The translations under genes were made by a program, and so were the position numbers. The notes under the pieces are model-generated. The model did no database searches, had not been told where the DNA came from, and was given only the letters and a program-made list of their open reading frames with translations. Shown here piece after piece: positions 22,833-36,933 of a stretch of 64,000 nucleotides of DNA (position 1 is its first letter; each line of letters begins with the position of its first letter). This DNA comes from Neocallimastix sp. 'constans' (lineage: Eukaryota), in assembly GCA_050613775.1 (NCBI GenBank), contig JBODTK010000011.1, positions 682,001-746,000 of the forward strand. The letters are read 5' to 3'.

Positions 22833-23969
22833 AATAATTTTAAGAAAAAAAAAAATTCCAAATTAAATAATATATTAAATTTATTAAATTAATTTAATAA
22901 CAAATAATTTAAAAATTATATTTCTTAATAATTTGAGGTCGTAAAAAAATATTCGTTTTTAGGGTGAAGTGTTTTTTTATTTTTAAAACTTCTTTATTAA
23001 TAGGTATTTGTCCTTGCCTTTTGAGACATGGAATAACCACTAAAAATTTTATTTTTCTCCAAGAAATCCAATGGTACCAATTACAAAAAAATAGATAAAA
23101 AAATTTGTTTTGAGTTTTTTTTTTAGTGATTTTTTGATTTTTAAGATTGCTTGTAAACAATATTAGAGAGCAAAAGGTTTTTTAATAATTTAAATTTATT
23201 GAAACTAACCCTTAAATTTATTAGACAATCGAAGTCCTTTTAATTTATGATTATACTATAATAAAATTAGCATTTACTTTTGTATTTATTTATTGACTAA
23301 ATAGTGTATTATTGTAAAATTGTTATTAAAATTAATAGATGTTACGGATCATTTCTTGTAAAGTTCTTGATGATTTATGAGATTAAATAATAAAATTAGA
23401 AAGAAAACTGATTTGGATCACCTTCAATAAGATGATTAGTAATCTAATTAAATTATGTTTTGTATTTATAATGAAAACGATATTCGTAATAAATTTTATC
23501 ATAAATTTAAAAAATAGCATTAGATTCATCTGATATCCGAATTCTCCAAGAGGACTATATAACGTTTCGTAGAAATAAGTAACATGTTTTAGTGGTTAAA
23601 ACTTCTCAAGTTCAAGAATGTATAATTATATAATGGAATTTTATTAAATTTTTATTTTTACTAAAAATTTTACCTAGAAAAATATTGTGATTGGTTGAAA
23701 TTAATCTATTAAAAATCTTTTAAAAATTTTTATTAAAATTTTTATATAAATACAAGTGAATTTTTCTTTAAAAAAATTTTTATAATTTCGAGTTTTTACA
23801 GGTAAAATAAAATTATTATTTAACACTAATTTGTCGAGTTTATTTATGTGTTTTTTTAATAAATATTATAATTAATAAATATCGCATTGTATCATTTTAT
23901 ATTTTTGTTTAATTTAATAAGTGTTTAAGTTAATTATTTTCTATTATTATTGTTAAAAACACTTTTCTT

Positions 23970-24092
23970 TATGTCTAATCACTCTTTGGATGATTAGCAT
24001 TTACGAAAAGAGAATTGCTCGTTTATTACCGATATACAATTAATAAGCAAAACAAAACAAAATATCTCAGATTATCCAGACTATGATCAATA

Positions 24093-24126
<34 letters not shown>

Positions 24127-24961
24127 TTTTTTTGAATTCAAACGTATATTTGCTGACTTAAATTCCCATTAAGATACTTATTGATACAGGATCCCAATAA
24201 AATTATAGAGATTCTAACTACATTAACAAATTATCCATTCCTATGCATTCATCAAACAACTTTCCTAAATTAAATGGAATCGGAGATTTTTAATCAATAA
24301 TCGGAATTACTGATCCATTAGCTATTAAGTATAATAACCATCAATGTTAAACATATATACATTACAAACTTATCAACATATTGCTATATTCTTGGAGTTA
24401 AATGGTTTTAAGCGACAACTAGTCGATTAATTTCTCAAGTATTTCTTTCAATTCTGAGTTCGTGTTTCCAATTGTAATATTATTTTTGAATTACCTCCTG
24501 CCTTTATAGCTGCTTATAACATAAATAAAAATGATATTGAAAGAAAAGAAAATCCATCCACATCCTCTTCCGCTGATTATAACAAATTACTAGATGAACT
24601 CTCCAAAATTTAAAGATGTATTCAACGAAACCAAAGCTTTTATACTACCCCCACATTGTCCACAGAACTGTGAGATCAAGCTTTAATTTCATTCAAAACT
24701 TTTCTGTGGTCATATTATCCTTTAACAGACAAAGAAACATCTGCTTTAGAAAAATACAATTTCAGAAAACCTTAAGAAAGGCTTCATACGTAAATCGAAG
24801 TCTCCTTCTGATGTCCCTCTATTCTTCATCTCAAAAAAAAAAAAATGGTGAGTTAAGAACGCGTGACTATTATATGCTAACAAAAACAGAATAGAAACAC
24901 CAAGTTTTAAGGTCAATGATAAAGTATGGATTGATAGTTCACTTATAGTTCACAAAGGAAG

Positions 24962-25017
<56 letters not shown>

Positions 25018-25340
25018 AAACCAAAAAGACTCAGACCATATAAAAAATTCAAAAAAATCACCAGTTTCAATTAAATGAGAATTGCCAAAAAGTTTAAAAA
25101 TTCATTCACTAATCCATATATCTAATTTTGAACCATGCTATGAAGAAAAAAAAAAAAAAAAAAAAATTGAGATACAAGAAACCTGAGCCACCTTTTATAG
25201 TGAATGAAGAAGAGGAATACGAAATAGAGATGATATGGGATAAGAGAAAACACTACTAGAAATTACTGTACTTAATTCAATGGAAAAGGGTATCCACTTT
25301 CTGAGGCATCTTAGGAACCAATGGAAAATTTAAACAGTCA
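23970..25340 (+). mobile_element. decayed, internally deleted chromovirus related to D
   Basis: KILIDTGSQ (24171-24197); FKDVFNETKA..LPPH..CEIKL; then a jump to PSFKVNDKVWIDSSLIVH and chromodomain EEEEYEIEMIWDKRKH...YPLSEAS. Many stops and poly-A insertions. Confidence 0.85.
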
Positions 25341-25615
25341 ATAAAATTATAATATATATATAAAAGGTGTAAATATTAATAATAGTATATCGAATTCATA
25401 AAAGTAATTGAAGAAGGAAATGAAGTTATATTAGAAGATTCTAATATTGACTACGTCAAATCCTATTAGACCTGTTATAAATGAAGATAACATAGATGAT
25501 AGAATTTTTCACTTTAAGCATTTTATAAATATTGAAATATATGGGTCTCAATTCGAAAATATTCTTAATATAAACGGTAGAGTAATGTGAGAAGAATTAA
25601 AAAATTAATAATAAT

Positions 25616-25667
<52 letters not shown>

Positions 25668-28299
25668 TTGTTAACTCTACTTTTATATTTACATTATTTA
25701 TATATTAATTTTATTATAATGATGATGATGATTATAATAATTACATAAAGTTGTATTAAAAATTTTTTTAATCTTTAACTCAATTTAAGAGATTATATAT
25801 ATATATATGTATATATATATAAAGAGAGAAATGGAGGTGCTTTATTAGTGACAAAATAATAAATAGTAAAAATAATTATATAAAAAAAAAAAATAAGAAA
25901 AATAACAATTATATGGATTATAACATTACAGAACACTATGCTTTATTTAATAATGTCCATTAATTTTGAATTTGGTTTTGGGATTATAATAATATTAGTC
26001 ATATTGTATTTAAAACCTCATCAATTCTTGAGGAGAACGAAAATGAAGAATTTTATAACCACATAAAATACAACAAAGAACAGGAAATGTCAGAGAGAAC
26101 TTCTGAAACAATAAAATATGTTTTGAAAAATATTAAAATAATGAAAAATTAAAATATAAAAAATAATGTTAATGAAATAAATGAAACCATTAAAAAAAAT
26201 TAAAAAAATTGAAAACCTTTTACTTTGAAATTATTATTATTATTATTATTATTATTTTTTTTTTTTTTTTTTTTTTTTTTATTACTTATATTTTAATTTT
26301 ATTTTTATTTTTCAAATATATAAGTAATATAAAAAAAAAAAAAAAAAAAAGACATTAATATATATATAATAAAAAAAAAAATAATGAAAGGACCTTTTAA
26401 TGTGATTTGGATAATATGGATTTTGTTTATAATTCATTAGAATTTATTTTTTTCATAATAATAAAAATCAAAAAAAAAAAAAAAAAAAAAAAAACATATA
26501 TTAAATTTAGATAATATATTTGAAATCACTAAATATATTACCTATTTATCATTGATTGGTATTATTCTTGGTCCTTTAGCAAATGTGATTATGTATTATA
26601 ACGCATATAAATAATATTGGTCAATTTTATTTAATTACTTTGAAAAATATTTAAAAATATTATATTATTATTTTAGATAATTTTAGATATATTGTTTAGA
26701 TTTTTAGATTTAACTTTTTCCTTAACTCATTATTCAATTTTATTATATACATTTCATTTTTATGAAATAAAAAATTTTTTATAATAAAAGAAAAAGGAAA
26801 TAATCCCACTAAATATTTTATTTATAAAAAACAAGATCTTTGTGAATAACATAATTCAACAATATGTACTCGTAATTAAGTATGTCAAATGCTGGACTTT
26901 CTACTTTTATACAAAGCTCAATTATATTTTACAAAATTTGTACAACATTTTATTAAATTATTAATGGAAAAATCACATATATTATTAAAAAAATCAAAAA
27001 TTGACATTTTATATATTAGTAAAATATTTATATTTGTATACATTAACAATTATTAACTGTATGATATAATTCACAAATTATTGATTATATAAAATTATTA
27101 ATAATAATTTATTATAAATATTATTTTATTAACAGCAGTTTAATATCATTTATTATAAATATTAATTTTTTAAAATATAAATAATTAAAGAAATTTTTAT
27201 ATTTAAAAGTATTAAATAATAAATATAAAATTTTAAATATTTTTAAATAATTTTTTTGAATTAAAAATATTTATTCATTCATTTATTCATTATCTTATTT
27301 ATAATATTTGTTCATTTATTAATGATTATGATTATTTAATCAATAGTCTATTTCAAATATCTATTCAAGATAATTTAGTTTTAAACACATAGACTGTATT
27401 TAATAAAACTAATTTAAATTTTTATAACATTATCTTGAACCTTATAATATTATTTTTATACTTTTGTTATTTGCTATAAAAGTTATCCTTCAGATTATTT
27501 GCATCTATTAATAAAAAACGGCTTTCTTTTTATTTTCATTAGATTGATACTATTACTATAATAAATTTTATTTTTTTATTCTTTTTTTTAAATTTCTAAA
27601 AATTTTATTATTTTTTATTTCTTTTTTCTTTTCTAAACCATACTGGAAAGAAATTTCCTTTTCATTAGATATTATTTTTTCACATGGTTAGTTTTGTAGA
27701 CTTTTTTTTTATTTTTCATTTAAATTATTAGTCTTGTAATTATTTTTAAACTTTAAGAAATAATATATATTTTAAAAATAAAAAATATAAATTAATATAA
27801 AATTTGTTTTTTATAATATAAACTATTATGAATAATCAGAATATTTTTATGTAATAGAATATTTCATAAAATTTATTTTTTCAGTAACTCAATATTATTT
27901 CATTATTTAAAAAAAAATAAAATAAAAAAAAAAAAGAGAAAAAACAAAGAAAAAACAAAAAAATAATTTTTTCCTTATTCAACTCAACAACACTTTATTA
28001 AAAATTTTGTGGCAGAAAAGCAGGTTAAAATAAATATAAGGTTTATCTCATGGTTAATGTTAAATTCTTATAAACTATAAAAGAATTGAAAGAATTCGAA
28101 ATTTTTTTTTTTTATATGTATATATATATCAAATTAATTTACTTATTTTTATATTAAAGTAGGTAAAGAAAAAATAATAAATAGTAATTTATAATATAAT
28201 AACATAAATAATAGTAATTAATATATTTATATTTATAACATTTAAATTAATAGATTTATCTTTTTAAAAAACAAATATATTATAATTATTTAATAATTA

Positions 28300-28626
28300 A
28301 TGATTAATTATTATTATTTGCTATTCAATTATTAATTATTATTATTTATTATTTAATTATTATTTATTTATTTATTTATTTATTTATTATTTATTTATTT
28401 ATTTATTATTTAATTATTATTTATTATTTAATTATTATTTATTTATCTATTTATTCAATTATAATTATTTACAATTTATTATTTCATTATTTATTATTTA
28501 ATTATTACTTATTTATTTATTTATTTATTATTCAAATATAATTATTTATTATTTAATTATTATTATATAAATATTAATTTATTTATTTATTATTTATTAT
28601 TCAACATTATAACTATTAACTATTTG

Positions 28627-28693
<67 letters not shown>

Positions 28694-29240
28694 TTATTTA
28701 ATTATTATATATATTTATTTAGTTATTTATTATTTATTATTCAATATTATAACTATTTACTATTTATTATTTATTATTTATTATTTATTATTTAATTATT
28801 ATTTATTTATCTATTTATTATTCAATTATAATTATTTACTATTTATTATTTCATTATTTATTATTTAATTATAATTATTTATTTATTATTTACTATTTAT
28901 TATTTATTTATTATATTTATTATTTATTTATTTATTATTCAAATATATATTATTTATTTATTATTCAATTATAATTATTTATTTATTATTTACTATTTAT
29001 TATTTATTTATTATATTTATTATTTATTTATTTATTATATTTATTATTTATTTATTATATTTATTATTTTATTTATTATTCAAATATAATTATTTATTTA
29101 TAATATTAATTATTCATTATTCATTATAATATTTATTATTTATTATTTAAGATTTATTATAATTTATAATTTATTAGATATTATTCATTATATATTTATT
29201 ATTTATTATTAGTTATTTACTATTTGTTTATTTATATATT
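28300..29240. repeat. low-complexity TTTA/TTATTTA repeat region
   Basis: Degenerate tandem 4- and 7-mers. Confidence 0.8.
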
Positions 29241-30802
29241 ATTAAAAATTTCTTTATATTGATTAGTGTATTAAAAACTATACATTATAATTTACATTAT
29301 AATGTATTTATTATATGACACATTACATGTGTTTTATGTATTTTTAGTTGTACATTAATATATTTTATAAATTTTTTAATTATATTATATATCAACTTAA
29401 TAAATAAAGTTGATATATATATAATATAAAATATAATATTGTATTTAATAATGTAGTTGAATATTATATAAATATATTAATTAGTATGTGCATAAAAAAG
29501 GAATAAAGTATAATAGTATAAATTGAGTTTTTAGATTAAAAATTGAAATTTTAATATATATAAAAGATGTATTATATAATGTAATATACTAATAATATAT
29601 AAAAATATATTTAAATTATATGTAAATTTAAAATTAAAAATATAATCCAATTAATGGTTATACTAACTCTAATTAATATGTATTTAAGTCAAATAGAAAA
29701 GCCTGTAGAACGGTTATTTTTTTTTCTGTGTATTTATGTTAAAAATTATATTATTTAAATTTATTTTATTTTTGTTTATATATGAAACAAATATATTATA
29801 ATTTATGACAGTTTTATATTTAATTAATTCTAATATATTAATAATATTAATCTGTAAACTATTGGAAAATCAATTACACAAAAGACTTTGTTTTAAGAAA
29901 TTTCTAAGTTAGTATTATTTTAAATAAATCATTTATTCAATCACAATATATTATATTATATTACTATGTAAATAATAATATATATAAGTAATATATTAAA
30001 TAAATAATTTAATTAAAATTTTTTTATTAAAAATATATAATAAAAAATATATAAAAAAATATTTTTCTTTAATTTGTTTAAAAAAAAAATTTTTTTTAAT
30101 TAAGAGAGGCTGTATATAAAAAGAATAATTTAGCGAAAGAGATTTAAATAGTGAAAAAATTTTTATATATTTTATTAAAAGTTATATAAACTAATAAACA
30201 AAAAAGAAAAAAAAAAAAAGCTCAAAATAAACAAAATAATAATAATAAATTAACGTTCGATCTAGATTATTATTATTATTGAAAAAACTTTTTTTTTTTA
30301 AAATAATATTATTTATTCTTATTATAATTTTATTAAAATTGAAATTAGAACCCTATCAAAAAGTAAATAAAAATAATTATTTTATAGTTCTTTAAATAAA
30401 ATATATATATTTTAAGATTAAAATTGTATTTATAGTAAAAATATATTATTTCAAAAGCAAGAAATAGAAATAATTGTTGTAGATAAAAATATAGTTTTTT
30501 TTTTTTAATTTTATTTTAAAATACTCTTAAATAATAGGATTAAGAATTGTATAAATAGATTAGAAAAAAATAAACAAAAAAGAATATTATATATAAATTT
30601 ACAATCACTCTGTATATTTAAAGTAATATTTATATAACTAATATAATATTTGTAGATTTATAAATAACAAATACTTGAATATAGTTTTTTTATTATTAAT
30701 AAATAAAAGGTAAGGATCATATATTATTAAATATATATATTATTTGATAATATATATTAATATAAATAAATGTAATTTTTAAATTTAAAAGATTAATATA
30801 AT

Positions 30803-33325
30803 ATGTCCGGTATGAATCCAAATTATAACATGCCAAGACCAATGGGTGGTCAACCTAATCCACAATATCAACCAAATATGAATCAAAGACCAATGAACAG
30901 TATGCCAATGAATAATCAAAGACCAATGAATAATATGCCAATGAACAATCAAAGACCGAATGTTCAATTTAATCCAAATAGTCCAAGACCAAATATGAAT
31001 AATGGTGCTTACCAAGTTAGTAATGGACCAAATGGACAAAGACCAAATATTTCTGTTACTTCAAAGGTTACAACTACCACTACTACTCAAGTAAGACAAA
31101 AGAAAACTCAAATTTCTGTTGAATTATATAAGGGTAATTATGTTGTTAACTGTCCAGTTTCAAAGAATGTTATTAAGAATGGTGTATTTGATGGTAAATC
31201 AGAAGAATTTGGTTATTGTAGATATACCGCTGCTACTTGTAAGGATCCAGATACCTTTTTAGAAGATAATTTTACTTTACGTCAAAAGATTTGGAACAGA
31301 AGAACTGAACTTTTTATTGTATTAACTATGTATAATGAAGATGAAGTATTATTCGCCCGTTCTATGACTTCAGTAATGAAAAATATTGGTTATATGTGTC
31401 GTGAAAATAAACATAAGTGGACAAAACAAGGTTGGCAAAATATTGTTGTATGTATTGTTTCTGATGGTAGAAAAAAGATTAATTCTAAGGTATTAGATTC
31501 TTTAGAAGTTATGGGTGTTTACCAAAAGGATGTTATGAAAAATCAAGTCAATGGTAAAGATGTAACTGCTCATATTTTTGAATACACAGTCCAAACTTGT
31601 TTTGATGAAAATATGAATTTATGTGGTCCAGATAAGGGTTATACTCCAGTCCAAGTTATTTTCTGTTTAAAAGAAAAGAATCAAAAGAAAATTAACAGTC
31701 ATCGTTGGTTCTTTAATGCTTTTGGAAGAATTTTAAAACCAGAAGTTTGTGTTCTTATTGATGTTGGTACAAAGCCAACTCATGATTCTATTTACCAATT
31801 ATGGAAAGCTTTCGATTCTAATCCTAATGTTGGTGGTGCATGTGGTGAAATTTATTGTCAATTAGGTAAAAGTTGTAAGAATTTAATTAATCCTTTAGTT
31901 GCAACCCAAAACTTTGAATATAAGATTAGTAATATTTTAGATAAGCCACTTGAATCTGTATTTGGTTACATTTCTGTATTACCAGGTGCTTTCTCTGCCT
32001 ACCGTTACAAGGCTCTACAAAATTATGATACTGCTGAAGGTAAGAAGGGTCCATTATATGCCTACTTCAAGGGTGAAAAGTTACATGAAGGTGGTAATAT
32101 GTTCAAGAGTAACATGTATCTTGCCGAAGATAGAATTTTATGTTTTGAATTGGTTGCTAAGAAGAATTGTAAATGGATTTTAAAGTATGTTAAGGCTGCT
32201 AAGGCTGAAACTGATGTACCAGATAATATTCCAGAATTCATTTCACAACGTCGTCGTTGGTTAAATGGTTCTTTCTTCGCTGCCGTTTATTCATCTTATA
32301 ACTGGTCTAAGATTTATTCCACTAATCACTCTAGTCTAAGAAAGCTTGCTCTTACTGTTGAATATGTTTATAATCTTATTAATTTAATCTTTTCATGGTT
32401 CAATGTTGCTAACTTCTATCTTTGTTTCCTTTTCCTTGGTGAAACTGCTACCAAAGAAGATGATGGTGTTTTCGGTAAATATGGTAAACCACTTATGTCT
32501 GTATTAAAGGAACTTTATCTTTTCGCTATGATTACTATTTTCATTTGTTCATTAGGTAACAGACCACAAGGTTCAAAGAGATTATATTTACTTTGTATCT
32601 ATTTGTTTGCTTTCATTATGTTGTTTATGCTCGTCATGGCTGGATATACTGTATACATGTCATTCTCTGACAGTAGTAAGACTTTCATTGAAAAATTAGC
32701 CATTCCAAGTTTCAGAAACATTGTTATATCATTAATGTCTACATATGGTCTCTACTTTGGTGCTTCTCTTCTCCATGGTCAACCATGGCATATGATTACT
32801 TCTTTCATTCAATATATGCTTATGTTACCTTCATTTGTTAATATTTTAATGGTTTATGCCTTCTGTAACACTCACGATGTTTCATGGGGTACTAAAGGTG
32901 ATAACACTATAGCTCCAACTGGTAATACTGTTAAGATTAATCCAGGTGAAAAGATTTCCGTTGAACTTCCAACTCAAAGTTCCTTAGATGAACGTTATGA
33001 AAAATTAATTGTTGATATTAAGAGAAAGGAAGTTAAGGTAAAAGCTAAGCGTGATGAAACTACCAAACAAGATGATGATAAGAAGAACTTCCGTACTAAT
33101 CTTGTACTTTTATGGATTTCATGTAACTTATTATTAATTGTTCTTATGAATGATATTATGGATAAGGTGGTTCATCCATTCCTTATTGAAAAGTTCAACT
33201 TCAGGAAAAATGATTTACAAAATAACAATGTATTCCTTACTTTCATTTTCTGGTCTGTTGCTATTTTGAGTTTGGTTCGTTTCATTGGTAGCTCTTACTA
33301 CCTTATTGATAATATGTTAAATTAG
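30803..33325 (+). CDS. CHS: chitin synthase (division 1 type, no myosin or cytochrome b5 domain), intronless CDS, 840 aa
   Basis: TMYNED, KKINSH, DVGT, QNFEY, LPGAFSAYR, LAEDRIL, QRRRW and SWGTKG motifs; C-terminal TM helices; N/P/Q/M-rich N-terminus. Confidence 0.97.
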   Translation: MSGMNPNYNMPRPMGGQPNPQYQPNMNQRPMNSMPMNNQRPMNNMPMNNQRPNVQFNPNSPRPNMNNGAYQVSNGPNGQRPNISVTSKVTTTTTTQVRQKKTQISVELYKGNYVVNCPVSKNVIKNGVFDGKSEEFGYCRYTAATCKDPDTFLEDNFTLRQKIWNRRTELFIVLTMYNEDEVLFARSMTSVMKNIGYMCRENKHKWTKQGWQNIVVCIVSDGRKKINSKVLDSLEVMGVYQKDVMKNQVNGKDVTAHIFEYTVQTCFDENMNLCGPDKGYTPVQVIFCLKEKNQKKINSHRWFFNAFGRILKPEVCVLIDVGTKPTHDSIYQLWKAFDSNPNVGGACGEIYCQLGKSCKNLINPLVATQNFEYKISNILDKPLESVFGYISVLPGAFSAYRYKALQNYDTAEGKKGPLYAYFKGEKLHEGGNMFKSNMYLAEDRILCFELVAKKNCKWILKYVKAAKAETDVPDNIPEFISQRRRWLNGSFFAAVYSSYNWSKIYSTNHSSLRKLALTVEYVYNLINLIFSWFNVANFYLCFLFLGETATKEDDGVFGKYGKPLMSVLKELYLFAMITIFICSLGNRPQGSKRLYLLCIYLFAFIMLFMLVMAGYTVYMSFSDSSKTFIEKLAIPSFRNIVISLMSTYGLYFGASLLHGQPWHMITSFIQYMLMLPSFVNILMVYAFCNTHDVSWGTKGDNTIAPTGNTVKINPGEKISVELPTQSSLDERYEKLIVDIKRKEVKVKAKRDETTKQDDDKKNFRTNLVLLWISCNLLLIVLMNDIMDKVVHPFLIEKFNFRKNDLQNNNVFLTFIFWSVAILSLVRFIGSSYYLIDNMLN

Positions 33326-33907
33326 AAATATAAAATAGATATTTACAATATGTTATTATTTATAATATAATAATTAATTTAAAAGACCTTTTTTATTATG
33401 TAAATTTTTTAAGTTTACTTAAAAAAAAAAAAAAAAAAAAAAAAAAGGTTTTAAATGTAAAAAACAAAAAAAAAAATTATTATCTATGAATATTTTATCC
33501 ATATATCATATATATATTATTAACTTATTAATTAAATAATATACAATTTTAGTAAAATTATAACAAAAATTACACCTAAAAAAATAAGTAAATAAGTAAA
33601 TAAATAAATAAAAATAATTAAAAATAATTTTAAAAAAAATTTTTTTTTTATTTTTTTATTATTTTATTTTTTTCTTTTTTTTTTTTTTTTCGTTTGTTTG
33701 TTTGTTTGTTTGTTTTGTATGAGGTATATAACATATAAAATATTTGTACATAAAATATATATTTCTATTTATTTATTTTTAGATTATGTAATAGAGTGGT
33801 TATCACTTTTTAAAAAATGGAAATAATAAATATTTAACATGACATATTTTGAATGACAATTCTAAATAAATAAATAAATAAAATATACAGGCAAATTAAT
33901 AATAATA

Positions 33908-33953
<46 letters not shown>

Positions 33954-34113
33954 TATAAAGGCAAATTAATAAAAAAAATAAAATATAAGTAAAAAATAAA
34001 AAAGATATTTAAAAGTTTAAAAGATTAGCAACAGCAAAACAAGAACAAAAATTAAAAAAAAAAAAAAAAAAAAAAATTAAATGGTAAATGTAGTATTGGC
34101 CATAAAATTAAAA

Positions 34114-34160
<47 letters not shown>

Positions 34161-34177
34161 ATATATAGGTAATACAG

Positions 34178-34312
34178 AACCGATGATATAACTTTCCTTT
34201 CATGGAGGAAGAGATGCAGATATTATTGATTTAAATTATAAAAGAAGTATGGGATTGTTTTTAGATGTTTTGGATGTTTTTGTTTAATTAATCAAATCAT
34301 TTCTAGTGATTT

Positions 34313-34349
<37 letters not shown>

Positions 34350-34515
34350 GCCCTTCTTGGTTCGACCTGCAGCTCTCTCTTTATAAAAATTAAAATATAC
34401 CTAAGGGCTAGTACTTTGACAAAGATGGTTATTTCGAAGGTATGGGTATATAAGCTAAGCTCAAACTAACCAAGGAGCGTCAATGCACAAAAAAATGCAG
34501 TTAAGACAGGTTAGT
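34178..34515 (+). mobile_element. 5'-truncated decayed LINE fragment homologous to 22449-22713
   Basis: Shared blocks GGAAGAGAT..AGATATTATTGATTTAAATTATAAAA, AGGGCTAGTACT, CAAACTAACCA and AAGACAGGTT. Confidence 0.7.
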
Positions 34516-35443
34516 TAGCAGGGTCCAATACCTCTAAAGAAGAAGACCAAGAATTTTCTTTCAGATCATCAATTCAAATCCTAATCCGGAATAAGAATTC
34601 CCTTTTTTTTTTTTTTTTAAGGATTTTATATATAAAAAATAAAAAAAAGTGAATTTTATTAATTTTTTTTTTTTTTCTTTGGTTTTGTTTTGTTTTTTTA
34701 TCCTTTTTTTTTTTTTTTTCAATTAGTTATTGCTAAGTTTAAGATTAAAATATTAAATAATGGAATAATAGAATAAATAATAGAATAATAAATAAATAAT
34801 AAATAATAAATAATAAATAATTGAATAATTAAATAATAAATTATAAATAATAATGAATAATGAATAATAAATATTAAATATTAAATATTAAATATTAAAT
34901 ATTAATAAATATTAAATATTAAATATTAAATATTAAATAATATATAATAAATAATAAATAATTAAATAAAATTAAATAATAATATAATTGAATAATAAAT
35001 AATAAATTATAAATAATATATAATAAATTATAAATAATAAATAATAAATAATGAACAATATTTTTTCATCCATAATGAAAAAAATTTAATGTAATATAAG
35101 AATATATTATTTATATTGGATTAAATATATTACTTATATTGGATTTAATTTATTATTTATATTGGATTCTATTTATTATATATTGGATATCAATTTTTAT
35201 AAATTATTATTTCATTATTTTTATAATTTAATTTAATTTTTATACCAATAAAAATCTTTTTATATAGTGAAAACTTTAATTATTATTTTTTTTATTTCCA
35301 CCATCCATCATAATAAATATCAATCTCTATAAATATTTACTACTAATAATAATTATATAAGTAGAGTAAATAATAAATAATAACAGCAATAATAATAAAT
35401 AATAAATAATAAATAATAATTATAGAATAATAATAATAAATAA

Positions 35444-36210
<767 letters not shown>

Positions 36211-36933
36211 ATGTATTTATAATCTAATAATTTCCTCCTAAAACAAAAAGAAAATAATATTATTATTCTAATTATTTTAATTATTATTATTGTTATTATT
36301 ATTATTATTATTATTATTAGTTATTACTTTTTTTTTAGTATATTTTGCAAAAGGAATATTCGTTTCTCCTTGTTAGTTTCATGAAGGGATAGAATTACTA
36401 TATATATATATATATTTTATTTACAATTTTACACAATATTTTGTATTTATTAAAGTTTTTATTTATATTATATCATAAATTCATAATGAAAATAAATGGT
36501 GTCATAATAAATATTTAATAAATATTAATATATGATCTATTTATTTATATATTCATTAATATTAATTTAATAATAAAAAAAAAATAAAATTATGAATTTA
36601 AATTAAATTATAAATTAAAAAAAAAAATTAAAAAAAAAAAAAAAAAAAAAAAAATAAAAAAAAAAAAAAAAAAAAGAAAATAAGAAGTATATAAGTATTG
36701 AAAAATTTTCTGGAATTTTTTAATCCTTTGAAAAATTAAATAAACTTTATTTGAATAATAAAATAAAAATTTATATTAATTAATAATAAAACAAACTCTA
36801 ATAGTAATTATAATTATACATTAATATTTTTTCTAAAACAGAACAAAACCGAACAAAAACAAAACAAAAACAAAACAAAAACAAAACAAAAACAAAACAG
36901 AACAAAAACAAAACAGAACAAAAACAAAACAAA

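Noticed and set aside
22900..23600. Coding-like patches on the minus strand
   Set aside because: No motif could be assigned with confidence.
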